Shown one piece after another: positions 49,697-62,515 of a stretch of 64,000 bases of DNA; the stretch's first letter is position 1, and each line of letters begins with the position of its first letter. This DNA comes from Chara braunii (lineage: Eukaryota; Plantae; Charophyceae), in assembly GCA_003427395.1 (NCBI GenBank), contig BFEA01000007.1, forward strand, positions 2,140,641 to 2,204,640, in the 5' to 3' direction. Under the pieces are notes generated by a model. That model saw only the letters and a list, made by a program, of their open reading frames with translations, was not told the DNA's origin and made no database searches. The position numbers and the translations under genes were made by a program.

Positions 49697-52609
49697 GATC
49701 CCATTATTCTAACTTAGTCTCACGTGGTTCCCGATGCCCTCCCTCAAGGTGTCCCACGTTCCTTTGGCGTCTACCGTCCTCTGGTGACCGTTTTCTCTTT
49801 CCTCTTCTTGGGTCCTGCACGCGCCGGTTTCTCCAACCGCGGAGCCTCCGAATCCATGGTTTCCGTTAATTGTCATAGGCGGCCCCCATGTTGGGCCCTT
49901 ATTTTCTAGCGTCCCATGACCACCGAGATCGTTCATCTCCCGGCTTCCCTATTCTCTTGTCGTTCGTTATGCCGCATTTGCAAAGTTAATGACCCCTTGG
50001 CCTTTGTCATGCTGAATTTCAATGGCCCTCTTGGCCTCATGCTATGCTTCTATGCGCCCATGTCCTGACCATTACTTGCTTGTCGTCGCCTGTTCTTTTC
50101 CCTGCGATTCTCAACCCAGGACATTATTCCTCCCGACGGTCTCGTCTTAGTCCTTTGTTTTTTTTCTCTCTTGTCTCCTTACTCCGAATTTCTCTGTCGT
50201 GCACAACTTGGCTATATAAAGGCTCTCGATTGGCGGGATGTTATTTGGGACCCACCGGTCCCGACAACGTTTTAATCAAAAATAAAAAATATAATTTTAG
50301 TCATAATTAAATAAAAACTTAAAAGTTGATCACCACTTATGTCGGTTCCGTAATATTAATCAAGAAAACATCATGCGCATCATAAAACTGCGTGCCCACT
50401 CACTTTCTACTCCCTTAAAACCGTTTCACTCTCCTAGCCTCAGAGAGAACTCGGTCGTGACTCACGCAGCGCTCCCCACTTTTAATTCAAAATGATTTTC
50501 TATCACTTGCAAAAATCAGGGTGGATACCCTTGTAAGGGCATTCGCACCGACAGGTTACCGGACCACATTAAACGACGTCCCCGCTGCTCCGAAGAATAA
50601 AAAACTATCAATTAAACCCTAACTTCATATGCTGACGAAAAAAAATCCAATCCGATCGGCCGACCGACTCCATTCTCAGGTATTTATTGATCAGTGTCTG
50701 ACACGACTATTTTTCTGTCATGGTTTCAACCTGGGCCTCTCTTGTCCTAGCCTCAAACTCTGGGATACTCGATTTGTACTACAACAAAGAGCTCTTGCGG
50801 TTATAAAGCTTCCGATAGTCCTCTCCCTTTGTCCTAGACAGTCGTTGGATTCCTGTTTAGTCATCGTCCCGCGTACGGGGTCATAACTTATGACGCGAAC
50901 CCTAACTGAGACCTTTATAAGACAATTTCGCCTTTCTCACAAAATATCAACAGAAATATAAATTACAATCACAGATCTTCCCTTGTAGTTTATTACAGGA
51001 GGTTCAGGTTGATCGAGTCAGATTTACGGTCCGTCGTGTTGTTATTTTTAAGCAACGATAGGTAACTTTTCTTGATAAGATCCCAATCAGGATTCTCGAC
51101 AAACATACTCGACTCTTATCCCTCCGACATCTCGTGGGAGTAAGACTATCTGGGGCGATCACACCCCTCTAGTCGTATTGCTAAGACGTGGGTCCGCTGC
51201 TAGGTTGTGTCGGCCAGCAACCAACACAAGGGGTTGCACCCTAGTGATGCTAAAAACAACCCGTTAGATGAGCATCATCCTGCATGCTTTAAGATTAGCA
51301 TCATAATGGTTGGACGGTGTGTCGCAACAAATTCATGCCTGCTGCGGGACTACGCAGAGGTATGTTCTACTTAAAGGCATTTACCAGTTCTTTATGGAAT
51401 AACATACAGAACATGGCGCCCTCTCCAAAAAAAGAACACGGCACAAAATTCACCGCCATATTCACAAGGCCGTGACCTTCCCCACTTGATCAGAGCAAAG
51501 TAGGCCACATATCTTAAAGACATCTCTCCCAAATTTCACCGCATTTGCGACATTTCAAAATTTCACCTATGAAACTAGTTTTTTGGTCCTTCTTGTTAGA
51601 CTTCATCAATCAAACTGCTTTCCATGCCCAACCAAACTGCTTTCCATGCCTCTTTATATCATTTAACCACCTTCATTTTCTAAGGGGAGTCACTCATAAA
51701 CCTCATAACCACCTCCCACATGGAAGGAAGCCGACTATAAAACACTAATTCCTGAGAGATCACAAAGTACAATGTCGTCCAATTGCAAAAAAACTGAATG
51801 GACTTGAGAGGAGAGAGAGAGAAAGAAAAAGAAAAAAAAAAGAAAGAAGAAAAAATTGATGTACACCAGCATAGACTAATGATAATATTGTTACTCTTCG
51901 TCAACCACTCTCCTCAAACAAGAATAATAACAATGTTGAATGGTTGAACCAGAGTCAATGTTTGAATCCCTCTTCTGTTGCAGGTATCACATGAGGTCTA
52001 TCATAACCATGGTCACCCTTCTTCCTTCTTCCTCCAAGGCCGAGGCTATGGCGTAGTACCAGGGCATCGCCCTGCTATCCAAAGGATGACACAAAGCAGC
52101 GATGGCTGCTCTGGCTCAGGCTTCCATGCCTAACTCTGCCTCGAAGTTTCTTGGTATAGCTTTACCCCAAATGGGGCCTTCCCGTTGCAGCGCCCACCAA
52201 GGTGATGAAGATGGTAACCACCACTGCGAGGGAAGTACCTCTGGCACTCCCCCTTTCTAGTCCTGGTCTTCTTCCTCCCCTGTGTCCTTGCTCCAACCAG
52301 CGCTCCAACCAATGTGTCGCCAAACTTGCACACCAACAATGAGGAACACCTTGCTGCTCCTAGAGATATAGCGGTCTGCCAGTACTTGCCTCTTGGCGAG
52401 TGACTTCCTAGGCCGCGCAGCCTCCAAGCAACTGGTAGCTCCTCCCTTTCGAAGGGAAACATCATTGCATACTGTGGTTTTACCCATACAGACTCTAGAT
52501 TGCGACTGGTTGAACTGGTACCTGCCTAGACTTAGCCTTCAGCTACTTGACCTCTAAAAATGCAAACTTTTGTCATTTTTTGCTCGGCCTCGAGTACCCG
52601 GCACATTTA

Positions 52610-52900
52610 CCTCTACCTGGTGTGTGGTGCCGGCCCACCTGCTACAGTAACTCAAGTGTTTTCCGCTGCTTCAAGTGTTTTCCGCTGCTTCAAGTGTTTT
52701 CCGCTGCTTCAAGTGTCACGGACCTCTTTCCCCGCCTCTACCTGGTGTGNNNNNNNNNNNNNNNNNNNNNNNNNNNNNNNNNNNNNNNNNNNNNNNNNNN
52801 NNNNTCTTTCCCCGCCTCTACCTGGTGTGGTGCCGGCCTACCAGAGTGTTTTCCGCTGCTTCAAGTGTTTTCCGCTGCTTCAAGTGTTTTCCGCTGCTTT
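52610..52900. repeat. 19-bp tandem repeat (caagtgttttccgctgctt) within a larger duplicated unit spanning an N gap
   Basis: Three copies on each side of the gap 52750-52804. Confidence 0.85.
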
Positions 52901-53270
52901 TAATGTTTTCCCTGCATCAACCCTCAATGTCACGGCCACAGGTAAGTACCAGCCCTTCGGGCCCTCTGAACGAACAAGTGCCCTTGAGGGTCACACACAC
53001 ACTCAAGCCAACAAGCACTCAGACAGGCATACACACCAGCCAGCATGCACACACACAGACTTCGAGAACTTGGTAACAAGCGGAAAACTTAGCGAGGCAT
53101 TCATTCCATGAGCAAAACTCATGAATCAGTTGTGTCTCAGTCCGTGTTTGGCTGGTCATTACAAAATTCAATGAATCTAAAGTTATTTGATTCCAACAAC
53201 GACATAAAGAGTGAGTTGGGTACAACATATAAACAACAAACTCCATTAACCAATCGCACTTTGTTTTGTG

Positions 53271-53343
53271 AGGAGAATAGTTCCAATGGTAGAAAAATGG
53301 TTTCCAAAACCATAGGTTAAGTGTCCAAATCTATTTTCTCATG
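53271..53343 (+). pseudogene. trnW: Decayed mitochondrial-type tRNA-Trp(CCA)
   Basis: AGGAGAATAGTTCCAATGGTAGAAAAATGGT-TTCCAAA-ACCATAGGTTAAGTGTCCAAATCTATTTTCTC: D arm and anticodon arm (ATGGT/ACCAT, CCA) intact, T arm damaged. Resembles bryophyte/charophyte mitochondrial trnW as recalled. Confidence 0.7.
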
Positions 53344-53495
53344 TAATGTAATAATAATTAATGTTCCTATCTATATCAAAACAAACCTTTCAATCAATTC
53401 AATTCAATTCAATAATTGATCAATTCAATTCAATTTAATAATTGGAGAATTCAAGCGTATCGTATATAAGGTTGAAGAAAGCATAGATAGACGAC

Positions 53496-53569
53496 TGGCA
53501 GAAGAGGGATTTGAACCCTCGACGTACGAATTATAATTTCGTTGTTCTAACCGACTAAACTATTATGCC
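53496..53569 (-). tRNA. Organellar/bacterial-type tRNA, anticodon reads TAT; probably a decayed elongator tRNA-Met(CAT)
   Basis: GGCATAA-TAGTTTAGTCGGTTAGAACA-ACGAA-ATTATAA-TTCGT-ACGTC-GAGGG-TTCAAAT-CCCTC-TTCTGCCA folds as a cloverleaf with one acceptor mismatch. The arm resembles the GGAATCATAATCC of alphaproteobacterial-type tRNA-Met. Confidence 0.75.
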
Positions 53570-54743
53570 TTGAACCACTTGACATTTCCCTTGGTGGTGT
53601 TTGTTGTTCAACGCTCTGCCATACATCTCCCCTTTGTCTCTTCTTTATCTCCTACACCTGGCCTCCACCTTTCCTCCATCTATCTTTCACCTTTCCTCCA
53701 TGCATCTCCTTCATCTCGGCCTCTTGTTGCAAACTTCTGAAGGCAACAACTGTTGTTGTTGTTTTTTTATTTTTTAAATTATTACTATTTTTATTTTTAT
53801 TTTTATTCATCCACATGACTTCCAAAGACAGCGAGTGCAGGCAGTTTACTTTCCTTTTCAAGTTTGTCACGTTTGCCCAATTGTGTTAAAAGGGTGTAGG
53901 GTTGTAGAGGAATCTGTGGCAGCTTGGTAGGAAGGGAGAGGACACAGAGTGTGGTGTGGGTGAATTAGGGATGCAGTGGGGAATATGGCTGATTTGGTGC
54001 TCCTGCCCGTTGTTGATGTGTGCAGGTCGCAATGAAGAGCCGCAAGTTCACCGCCGACATGATCAAGCACTCCCAAAAAACCCCTTCGACCACTCAGAAC
54101 CCCCTTCAAAAAAAAAAAAACCTGCCCTGCACGGTTTGGCACTGTGCAAGACTTGGAGCGCACGGCCCCACACGTTTTTGCACCCTCACAGACAAACCCC
54201 CGCATGGAACTCCGCACGAACCTGGTTTGTGAGCGGGCCACACATTGTACTCCACATGGCACCGCACGGCTGTGTGGCTCGTGCGGTTGCAAGCATGATT
54301 ATGGTAGATAGCTATACTACATTGTACGTCGTAAGACACTTTCGTCGTACGACTTTTCGAACGGACGGTCGAATGGCCGTGCGGCCGATCGTATACCCCT
54401 CATACTATGCTACAAAGGAGAAGGGGGGGGGGTCGGCCAACAACTCTGGGGGGTGGCAAGAACCCCCCAGGTATTAAAAAAAATGAATTGAATTTAAAAA
54501 AAAAAAAAAAAGGCCCATCCAGCTTGGTGTGGGGGGGCGGGTGTTTGCAAAAGGCCTTTCCAACCCGCCTGGAACTACGCCGCCCTACCTCAACCACCCC
54601 ACCTGAAGGGCCTGTTTTTTTTTTGTACCTGCTGTGGTCACCCAACCGAGTCCCATGCAGGCCGGTGAAAAGGGAGTGAGCGGGCTTCAACACTCACTTT
54701 CCAGATTGTGTTGACCCCCACAGTGCAGACGCAGAACAGACTC

Positions 54744-54745
<2 letters not shown>

Positions 54746-54796
<51 letters not shown>

Positions 54797-54797
54797 N

Positions 54798-54829
<32 letters not shown>
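54746..54829. repeat. (GA)n microsatellite
   Basis: Seen directly. Confidence 0.95.
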
Positions 54830-54830
<1 letters not shown>

Positions 54831-55949
54831 TGTTACATGTTGAGCCTGCACATGGGCCCCCTCAGGGGCCCGACGGTTGCTGAGGGGGCCCCAGGCCGCA
54901 GGTATCGGTTTGAGACAGCATTTATTTATTTATTTATTTGTTGTCCTTTTTTTGTCTGTTCAGATGTTGTTCGGACTTGCAGCCCCCAAGGCAGTGCCTT
55001 GTGCTGGGTGCAATAAGAGGCAGGCCTCCCCTGTCCAGGTGCAGGGTCTAGATGTCCGGTCGGGACCCAGACCTTGTTGGCGCACGTTTTGGGCACACGT
55101 TTAGGGCACACGTCAATAGGCACACAGAGGCAAACCGGTCGGCCCAGCGGTGCATATCGTTGGGCCACGGCCAGGGCAGACGCATAGTTCGAGTTGCTCA
55201 CTTTTTGGGTGACGCGCTGTCGGACCAGCGCTACGCTGGAGTAGAGGTAGAGGAGTACGTAGGCAGAGGGTCGGAGGCCATACCTGCGCCGACGATACTT
55301 ACAAGGTGCCATAGTTGAGGCTCCACGCCGGCGACCTGCACATGATAACGACGACAACGGCCAGTACATACAGGTGAGACTGAGAGGAGGACGACATCTT
55401 CTTCTTCGTCTTCATCTCTCCTCCTCCTCCTCCTCTTCCTCCTTTAAGGAAGAGAGAGAGAAAGATTATCGACAACAATTACATCGGGCATTGTGCCCAG
55501 GATCTCATTCAACATTTTTTGGCAGACATTGATTGGACATTTGGCGGGGGACTATTTTTGGACTTCGCTTTCGCGATCTTGTTTTTTTGCCTTGCCTCCA
55601 TCTTCGTCTCCCCCTCCCCCCATGTGCGTGTGCAAGGAAGGACCTTTCTTGTGTGTATGCGGTCCCTCCCTCTCTCACATGTCTGGTGTATAATGGGATG
55701 TCGGATCACTATCAGACATGTAAGGTCATATCTTTGGGTCTTCCGCTGCACTACATTGTGCTGTTTTTTAATGTATATGGATATACATTGCTTGTCGATG
55801 TTTGCTAACATTGTATTGTCTATTCTAGTCCTTTTCATCACTTTGTGGATCCTTGGATCCATATACATTGCCCAACGGGGCATGCATTAGTTGGAATTGG
55901 AGCAAAACGCAATGAATCAAAACATAGACCTGACCACGCGAAATAAAAG

Positions 55950-56062
55950 ACCGATCGATGAAATGATTGATTGATTGATCGATTGATTGATTAATTGATT
56001 GATTGATTGACTGATCATGGTCGATCGATTAATTGATCGGTTGATTGATTGATTGATTAGAT
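55950..56062. repeat. (GATT)n microsatellite
   Basis: Seen directly. Confidence 0.9.
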
Positions 56063-56785
56063 TACCCTAATCAGTTCTCATTTGTGATTTTAATTCTTCT
56101 CAACATTTTATCTTCGGTGCGAATTCGTTTTTTGTAAAGTCCAAACTGCGGAGCAGTTGACATTTTCGATGTTTATCTTAAATTCGAGAATTCGCTTCTT
56201 AACAAATCAGAAAATTTTCCTTTCATAATATTTTTTTCTGCGCAAAATTTGTTTTTCCTGAAATACGAAATCACACACTCCGAACTTTTTTTTTTTTTTG
56301 GAATTTGTCCCTTTTTCGCGAACTTTTTTTTTCTGCATCGTTTTTTTGCACAATTTCGTTTTTCGGAAATTCTAAATTGCGCAGTAATTAGTAGCTGAAA
56401 ATTTCAATTTTCTTTAATTTTCGTGAATCCGAATTCTTCCGTTGCTATATTATTTAGAAAATTTTCCTTTATCTTGGAAAATCTCTCATCGCAGTTGAGT
56501 TTGAAGAATATTCCCAAAATCAAACTTTGTTGTACATACTCTCATCTGAATTCATTTCGGAGTTTTTTTTTTTTTTTTAAGTCATAAATTTTCTACACTT
56601 GCAAAATTTGTTTTTGCAGTTCGAATAATGTTTTTGTTTTTTTTATGATCTGCAGTTAAAAATTGAAATTATTTTTACTTATTCTTTTCAATTTTGGGAT
56701 TTGAGAATTGAGAGACCAACCAAACTTGTGATTTTGAAATTATTATAATTTATGCAAAGTTTGAACTTCTCCATTTTTTGCTTAG

Positions 56786-59700
56786 TGGTTCCCTATCTGG
56801 GCGGTGAGTGTGAACCCATGGGGGTAGGGAAGTGCTACTCCATTGCATTCCCCCTCTCCCACCTACTTCGTTTACGCTGCTGAGTTTCTCTCACCCCCTT
56901 TCCCCCCCATCTTCTTCTTTCCCCTACGACGACATTGGTATGTTGCCACGTTGGCACGCCACGTCAGCACGCCACGTCAGCACACCACGTTAGCAGCAAC
57001 ACGTCAACAACATGCCAGCCAACAGTCGTGCCACGCCACTCGCCGATCAGTGCCACGTCAGTCACCGATCAGTGACACTTCAACCCCTGCCACCCGTTCC
57101 TGCGGCGTATGCCACCAATCACCCACTCACGAACGGTCCACATGGACCAAAGGCAAGGGGAAACTGATAGGCCTACGAGGCCTGTGTAGTGGACCAACTA
57201 GCCGAATGGAAGAAGCGGGTGGGCGCAGCTACAGCCGCACAAAAAAAGAGGGAGGAGAAGCTTGAAGAACAACGTCGCCTCACTGAGCAACAACGATTGG
57301 AAGACGCAGACGCAACAAATAAGGTCTTCTTTGTTGCAGACCAACAACGTCGAGTACGTCGAGACACACTTTTTGAAAACGATGGGGAGCTTGAGGTACT
57401 CCTCGGCGAATGGGTGGTAGCTGCCAAAAAGGATAATGCACCCAACATTGTGCACGGCGTCGCAACCGCATTCGAACATGTATAACCGATTTGGTCATCA
57501 CATGCACAACTCAACAAGAGGACATCCTTCGCATTGACACACTGGTTAAAAAGCAGGCTTAACTCATCATCGACCTGGTTGACAACGTGTGCAGGTTGGA
57601 ACTGCAGCTGGCAACAGCCACACTCGCTGGATCCTCAAACTTCGGTGATCGCCTCAACGCTTTCGAACATGCGGTAGGCACCTTAATGGACGACGTTCAG
57701 CGACAACAAGCAACAAATCAGCAGTTTGCACAACAGATTTGTGCAACAACCGTCGGTCCTACTTCGTCACCTCGAAAAGCATCCCAAAGACGGAACCTAT
57801 TCCTTGGTTTCGCCAGTTTCAACTTAATTTGGAAATCCATCAAACCCGCGACGCCAACCAGCAGGCGATTTTATACTCCCGAAAAGGGGGCGAGTGCCAA
57901 GCCTGGCTGGACAACATGTTGTCCACGCACAACGTCGCACTCTCCGAGCTGCACACGAATACCAGTTGGGCTGATCTCAAGGCAGCATGGCATAAGCGGT
58001 TCCAAGTGGACTCGCCCGAGCTTCAGGCAGTGTAGAAAATCCAAAAGTTTCAAAGAATGCTTTCTCAAGCACGGATTGGATTAGCGAGTACCAACGCTTG
58101 GCATCAACGCCAGACTTGCCGATCGCTTTCACGGGCATCAAACACTTCTTCATTACGAAATCGTGCCCGTTATTGCATAATGCATTGACGGAAGTCGTGG
58201 AGACGCTCACCACAAGTGAGTTATTATTCGATGAGGCCTCGCAGATTATTCTGACGAATACGAACGCAAAAGACGCTGGTTATTCATCTTCAACAGGTCA
58301 GGGAAGAGATCAGCATTGGCCGACCGTGGCCGTGGTCACGACAACAACACCAACCGACCCTTCTAATGAGGCTCTTTCTTCACATGAGGGAACCAGATTA
58401 CCAGCCGCCCAGGGTGGTGGCCGCCTTGCCAAAGGGCGAGGACATGATACATCGAAGACTAGCACCTCGTCAAACCTTGGGCCCGATCCTCAAGAACCGT
58501 GGACACACAACGACCTTTCGGAAGGCATGTACAGAATCCGTATGAAATACAGATATTGTTTGTGATGCAACAACGACCTCCATGAGACGGTCAGCAGTCC
58601 CACATGGGGCAAGGGGAAGTCCCATTCGTGAAAGTGAGCACCACCGAGAGTGATGAGACGACACTCTCGATGTCTTCGAAACCGGTTGCTGTGCGAGTGA
58701 CCTCCCTTAGTTCCGAGGCACACACAAAAGTCGTAAGTCCTCTCATTCTTTATTCTTACGAGGAGTTAAACATAAAGGTGATGGACCCGTTGACGTGCCA
58801 GGATTTCTCATGGATTCCTTCCTACCACCGACTGCTTACCGGAACCGCAATGTGCAACACCTGTATAGCATAGTCTTCGTATTCGGTGACCAAACCCGAA
58901 CGTTCGCGACTGTACACGAACGAGCGCCAACACCCACCGAACGCGAAAATAAAAATATATATATTAAAAAACAAAACAATTATTAAACAATTTTGAAAAA
59001 ATATATGTAAAATAATGATACAAAAAACTTTTGCCTCAGAGGTATTCTCAAATTTATAACCAAACTCCGAGTTACAAAAAAACCTGAAAAACATTTTTTT
59101 TATTTTTAATATGTTCGCCGAATACGCTCGCAAGGCGTTCGACCGAACACCCGAACATGTTCAGACGTTCAGAAAAGCTCTGCACATATTCGGTGTGCTA
59201 CACAGCGCAACACTATGCGCCTATCTCCACACATACTTAGCCTTCCATGCACCACCAACGTCGTCGACGAATGAGGAAACTGCAATGGGGGACCTCCTTC
59301 CGTGGTACGATGACAACAACGCACCACTCCTTTATGTCCGCATCCAAGTTAGGCAAGCGTCCTGCATCGCTTTGCTGGATAGCGGCGCGACTCGCAACTT
59401 CATGAGTAGTCCTTCATTCAAAGGGCCGGCCTTGGCGCATAAGTTCGAAGGAAGTCACATGGCCAATGGTCAGACGCAACAACTTCTTGATCGTTACATC
59501 AAAGCCATATTGGTTTATTTCGCATCTCATGCATGCGAACAAATGATGTTCGACGTCTTGGACACAGACTTCGATATTAATTTGGGATATCTTAGCTTGC
59601 AAGTGCGGATTACATAGTCAACTTCCATCAGCGGACACTTACCGTTCGCGACGCCTTTGGCGTCGAGGTGCTGCACCCTTCGATCTAGTGCCAAGTTGTG

Positions 59701-62515
59701 ACGACTAAGCGTTTTCGGGCCACTTATACTTACAAATGGACCGACGAGATCGGCCCGTGTTTTCTTCGAGCTGTCGTGGTAGCCGCCTCTTCACCCATGG
59801 CCTTCTTTAGACCCCCCTGTGGTGCGGTTGCTTGACGAGTTCGCCGACATCTTTGAGTCTCCTACCGGTGTGGTGCTGAATTGGTCGATCTCCCATAAGA
59901 TCATTCTTGAGGCCGGTGTCGTGCAACCAAAGGGATGCATCTATCGCACGAGCGAGGAAGAGCTCGCGGTTCTCCACATGCAACTCAACGACTTGTTGGA
60001 GAAGGGCTGAAGCCGCCTTAGTAACTCACCATATTTTGTTCTCTTCGTACGAAAGAAGAACAAGGATCTTCGCTTATACATCGACTATTGCAAGCTTAAC
60101 GCGCAAACCGTCAAGAATGTTGGGCCTCTTTCTTGTATCGACAATCTTCTTGAGCGTTTGGGCAACGCAAAGTTTTTTTCAAAGTTAGATTTGAAGTCGG
60201 ACTATCATCAGATTTCGATATGCCCACAAGATCACTACAAATCTGCATTTAAGACACGATACGAGCATTTTGAGTCGTTGTCATGCCTTTTGGCCTCACC
60301 AATGCCCCAACGACTTTTCAAGCGACGATGACCAACTAGTTTCGCGCGATGTTGGACCAGTTTGTGCCGGTCTACTTGGACGACATTCTCGTCTATAGCC
60401 CGACCATGGAGACCCATCTTGAGCGTCTTCAACACGTGTTGGAGATGCTCCGTCACACCAAATACAAAGCCAACCGCGACAATTGCGAATTCGCACGGTA
60501 TTTCGGTCACTTTGTTACACCGGAGGGCATCAGTCCATTATCAGACAACATCCAAGTCGTCCAAGAGTGGCCTGAACCAAGGAACGTCATGCATGTCCAT
60601 TCGTTTCTTGGCCTTGCCGGCTACTATCGACGCTTTATTAAAAACTATGCGAAGATCTCGACCATTTCGACCATGCTTTAATGCGAGGATCGACCATTTG
60701 CCTTCGACGACGATGCGCGGGCTTCCTTTATGACCCTTAAAGCTGCTTTGCAATCTTCAGAGCTCTTACGCATCTACGACTTGCTTTTGCAGACGAGTGT
60801 CACTACCGATGTGCCCAATTATGGAATTTGTGCCATGCTCCAGTAACACGATGACATCGATTGGCACCCAGTCGAATACTTCAATAAGAAAATCTCCGCC
60901 ATGCACTCGATTGACGATGCACGATAGGAGTTATTAACCTTTGTACATGCGCTTAAGAGGTGGCAGCATGTTCTTCTTGATCGAAGTCTATTCCGATGGG
61001 TAACGAATAACAATTCGTTGAACTCCTACAAGACCCAAGACACGGTCAATATCACCATCGCCCGTTGGATGACTTTCGTCGACCAGTTTGACTTCTTCCC
61101 TGATCACATTATGAGAAATTCGAACCATTTTGCGGATTTCTCTTTCACGACGTAAGGACCATTGTACCGCAGCCTACTCAATTTTCGAGATTGGTGACGA
61201 CTTGCGGGCCAACTTCATCCGCGGCTACCAAGCCAACCCCGCGTTTCGCAACAAGTACGGAAATTGTTCCTCTCCAAATCCGGCGCCATCGCACTATTGG
61301 ATCCCAAAGGGATATTTGCTCGTCCACTCGCGGGGGAAGGATCTTCTTTGCGTGCCAACTGATCCACACGTGTGTACGCGGCTTCGTGGCGAGTTCCACG
61401 ACGCTCCCACCACCAGACACTTTGGAGTCAATTCGTATGATTGGCCGACTTCATGAGAGCTTTTGGTGGCCTGACCTTCTCGGTAATGTCACACGCTATT
61501 GCAAGTCATGCAGGTTTGCCGACGTTGCAAATCCCTCAATCATCGTCCGTACGACAAGTTGTGACCATTACTGGTTCCCTTGCGACGAAGGGAAACCATT
61601 GCCATCATCGGGTCGTTCCCCAAGCACAAGACCGACGTGGATGGGATTCTCACAATGGTCGATCGGCTCACCAAGTTGCCATGTTTTTGCCTTGCCACTA
61701 TCACGCCAAGGCACCGAAGTTGACCAAAGTTTTTTACGCTGGTTGGATTCGAGCCGTTTGCTACCACGACAATCGGTTCATGTCCGATTTTTGGTTGGCG
61801 CTCATCAAACGATGGGGCTCATCTCTCAAGCCGAGTTCGGCTTGCCACCCCCAAACCGATGGCCAAATGGAGAGGGCGCATCAAACCGCACAGGTTCTTC
61901 TTCGCACTCTCATCCGTCCCGACCGGAAGGATTGGGTTAAGCGGTTGCATAATGTCGAGTTGGCTTGCAACTCATCCATTCATCCGGCTATCGGGATGTC
62001 GCCCTTTGAGTTCGAGCATGGCTCGCCAGTCACTTCTCCGTTGGACACGATTATCCCATGGGCGGCCAAGAGTGATGACCACCTTCTGTTCATTCGTCAG
62101 ATGCAAGCTTCTTATCAAGGCACGGAACCAGATGTCGAAGATGCAACGTCGTATGCGCCAACAAGCCAATCGCCAACGTCTTCCTTGTCCATTCCGCGCT
62201 GACGACCTCGTCTGGGTCTCCGCAGCAGAATTCAGCCTTGAGCAAGATATCTCTCGCAAGCTCCTTCCGAAATGGATGCGGTCTTGGCCCATTGTGGCAC
62301 CCACTGGGAATGCACACGGAGGATCTTCATTTGTTATTAAGGTGCCCACCCACTTGCCCGTCTACCCGGTATTTCATTGCTCCAAGTTAGCCCTATTCGT
62401 TTCAGCGAAACACGACGACTTTCCCAGGCGACGATCGCAAGACCCACCCTCAGGAGGTTGGCGACATTATCTCTCAGCGACGCTACGACAACAGGTCAAC
62501 AAAGTACTTGGTACT
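56786..62515 (+). mobile_element. Chromodomain-type Ty3/Gypsy internal region, decayed, no LTRs identified
   Basis: gag (QAWLDNMLS...WADLKAAWHKRF, degenerate knuckle YCL*CNNDLHETVS), protease ALLDSGATRNF (about 59370), RT (IYRTSEEEL, FSKLDLKS, VYLDDILVYS about 60370), RNase H, integrase (HPQTDGQMER, SPFE), VYPVFHCSKL, then a chromodomain start EVGDIISQRR...KYLV cut at about 62515. Confidence 0.92.
58861..59205. mobile_element. 345-bp MITE related to 39890-40222, 8-bp TSD, inserted in the Gypsy gag-pol
   Basis: TGCAACAC|CTGTATAGCA...TGCTACACAG|CGCAACAC; same CGAAC repeats and a colinear AT-rich core. Confidence 0.88.

Noticed and set aside
51935-51985. B-box-like GTTTGAATCCC
   Set aside because: No A box or cloverleaf.
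55020-55375. GC-rich exon-like segment and an ATACTTAC match to the U1 5' end near 55295
   Set aside because: The U1 match is only 8 nt and is better read as a GTAAGTAT donor-like site on the minus strand; no protein could be assigned.
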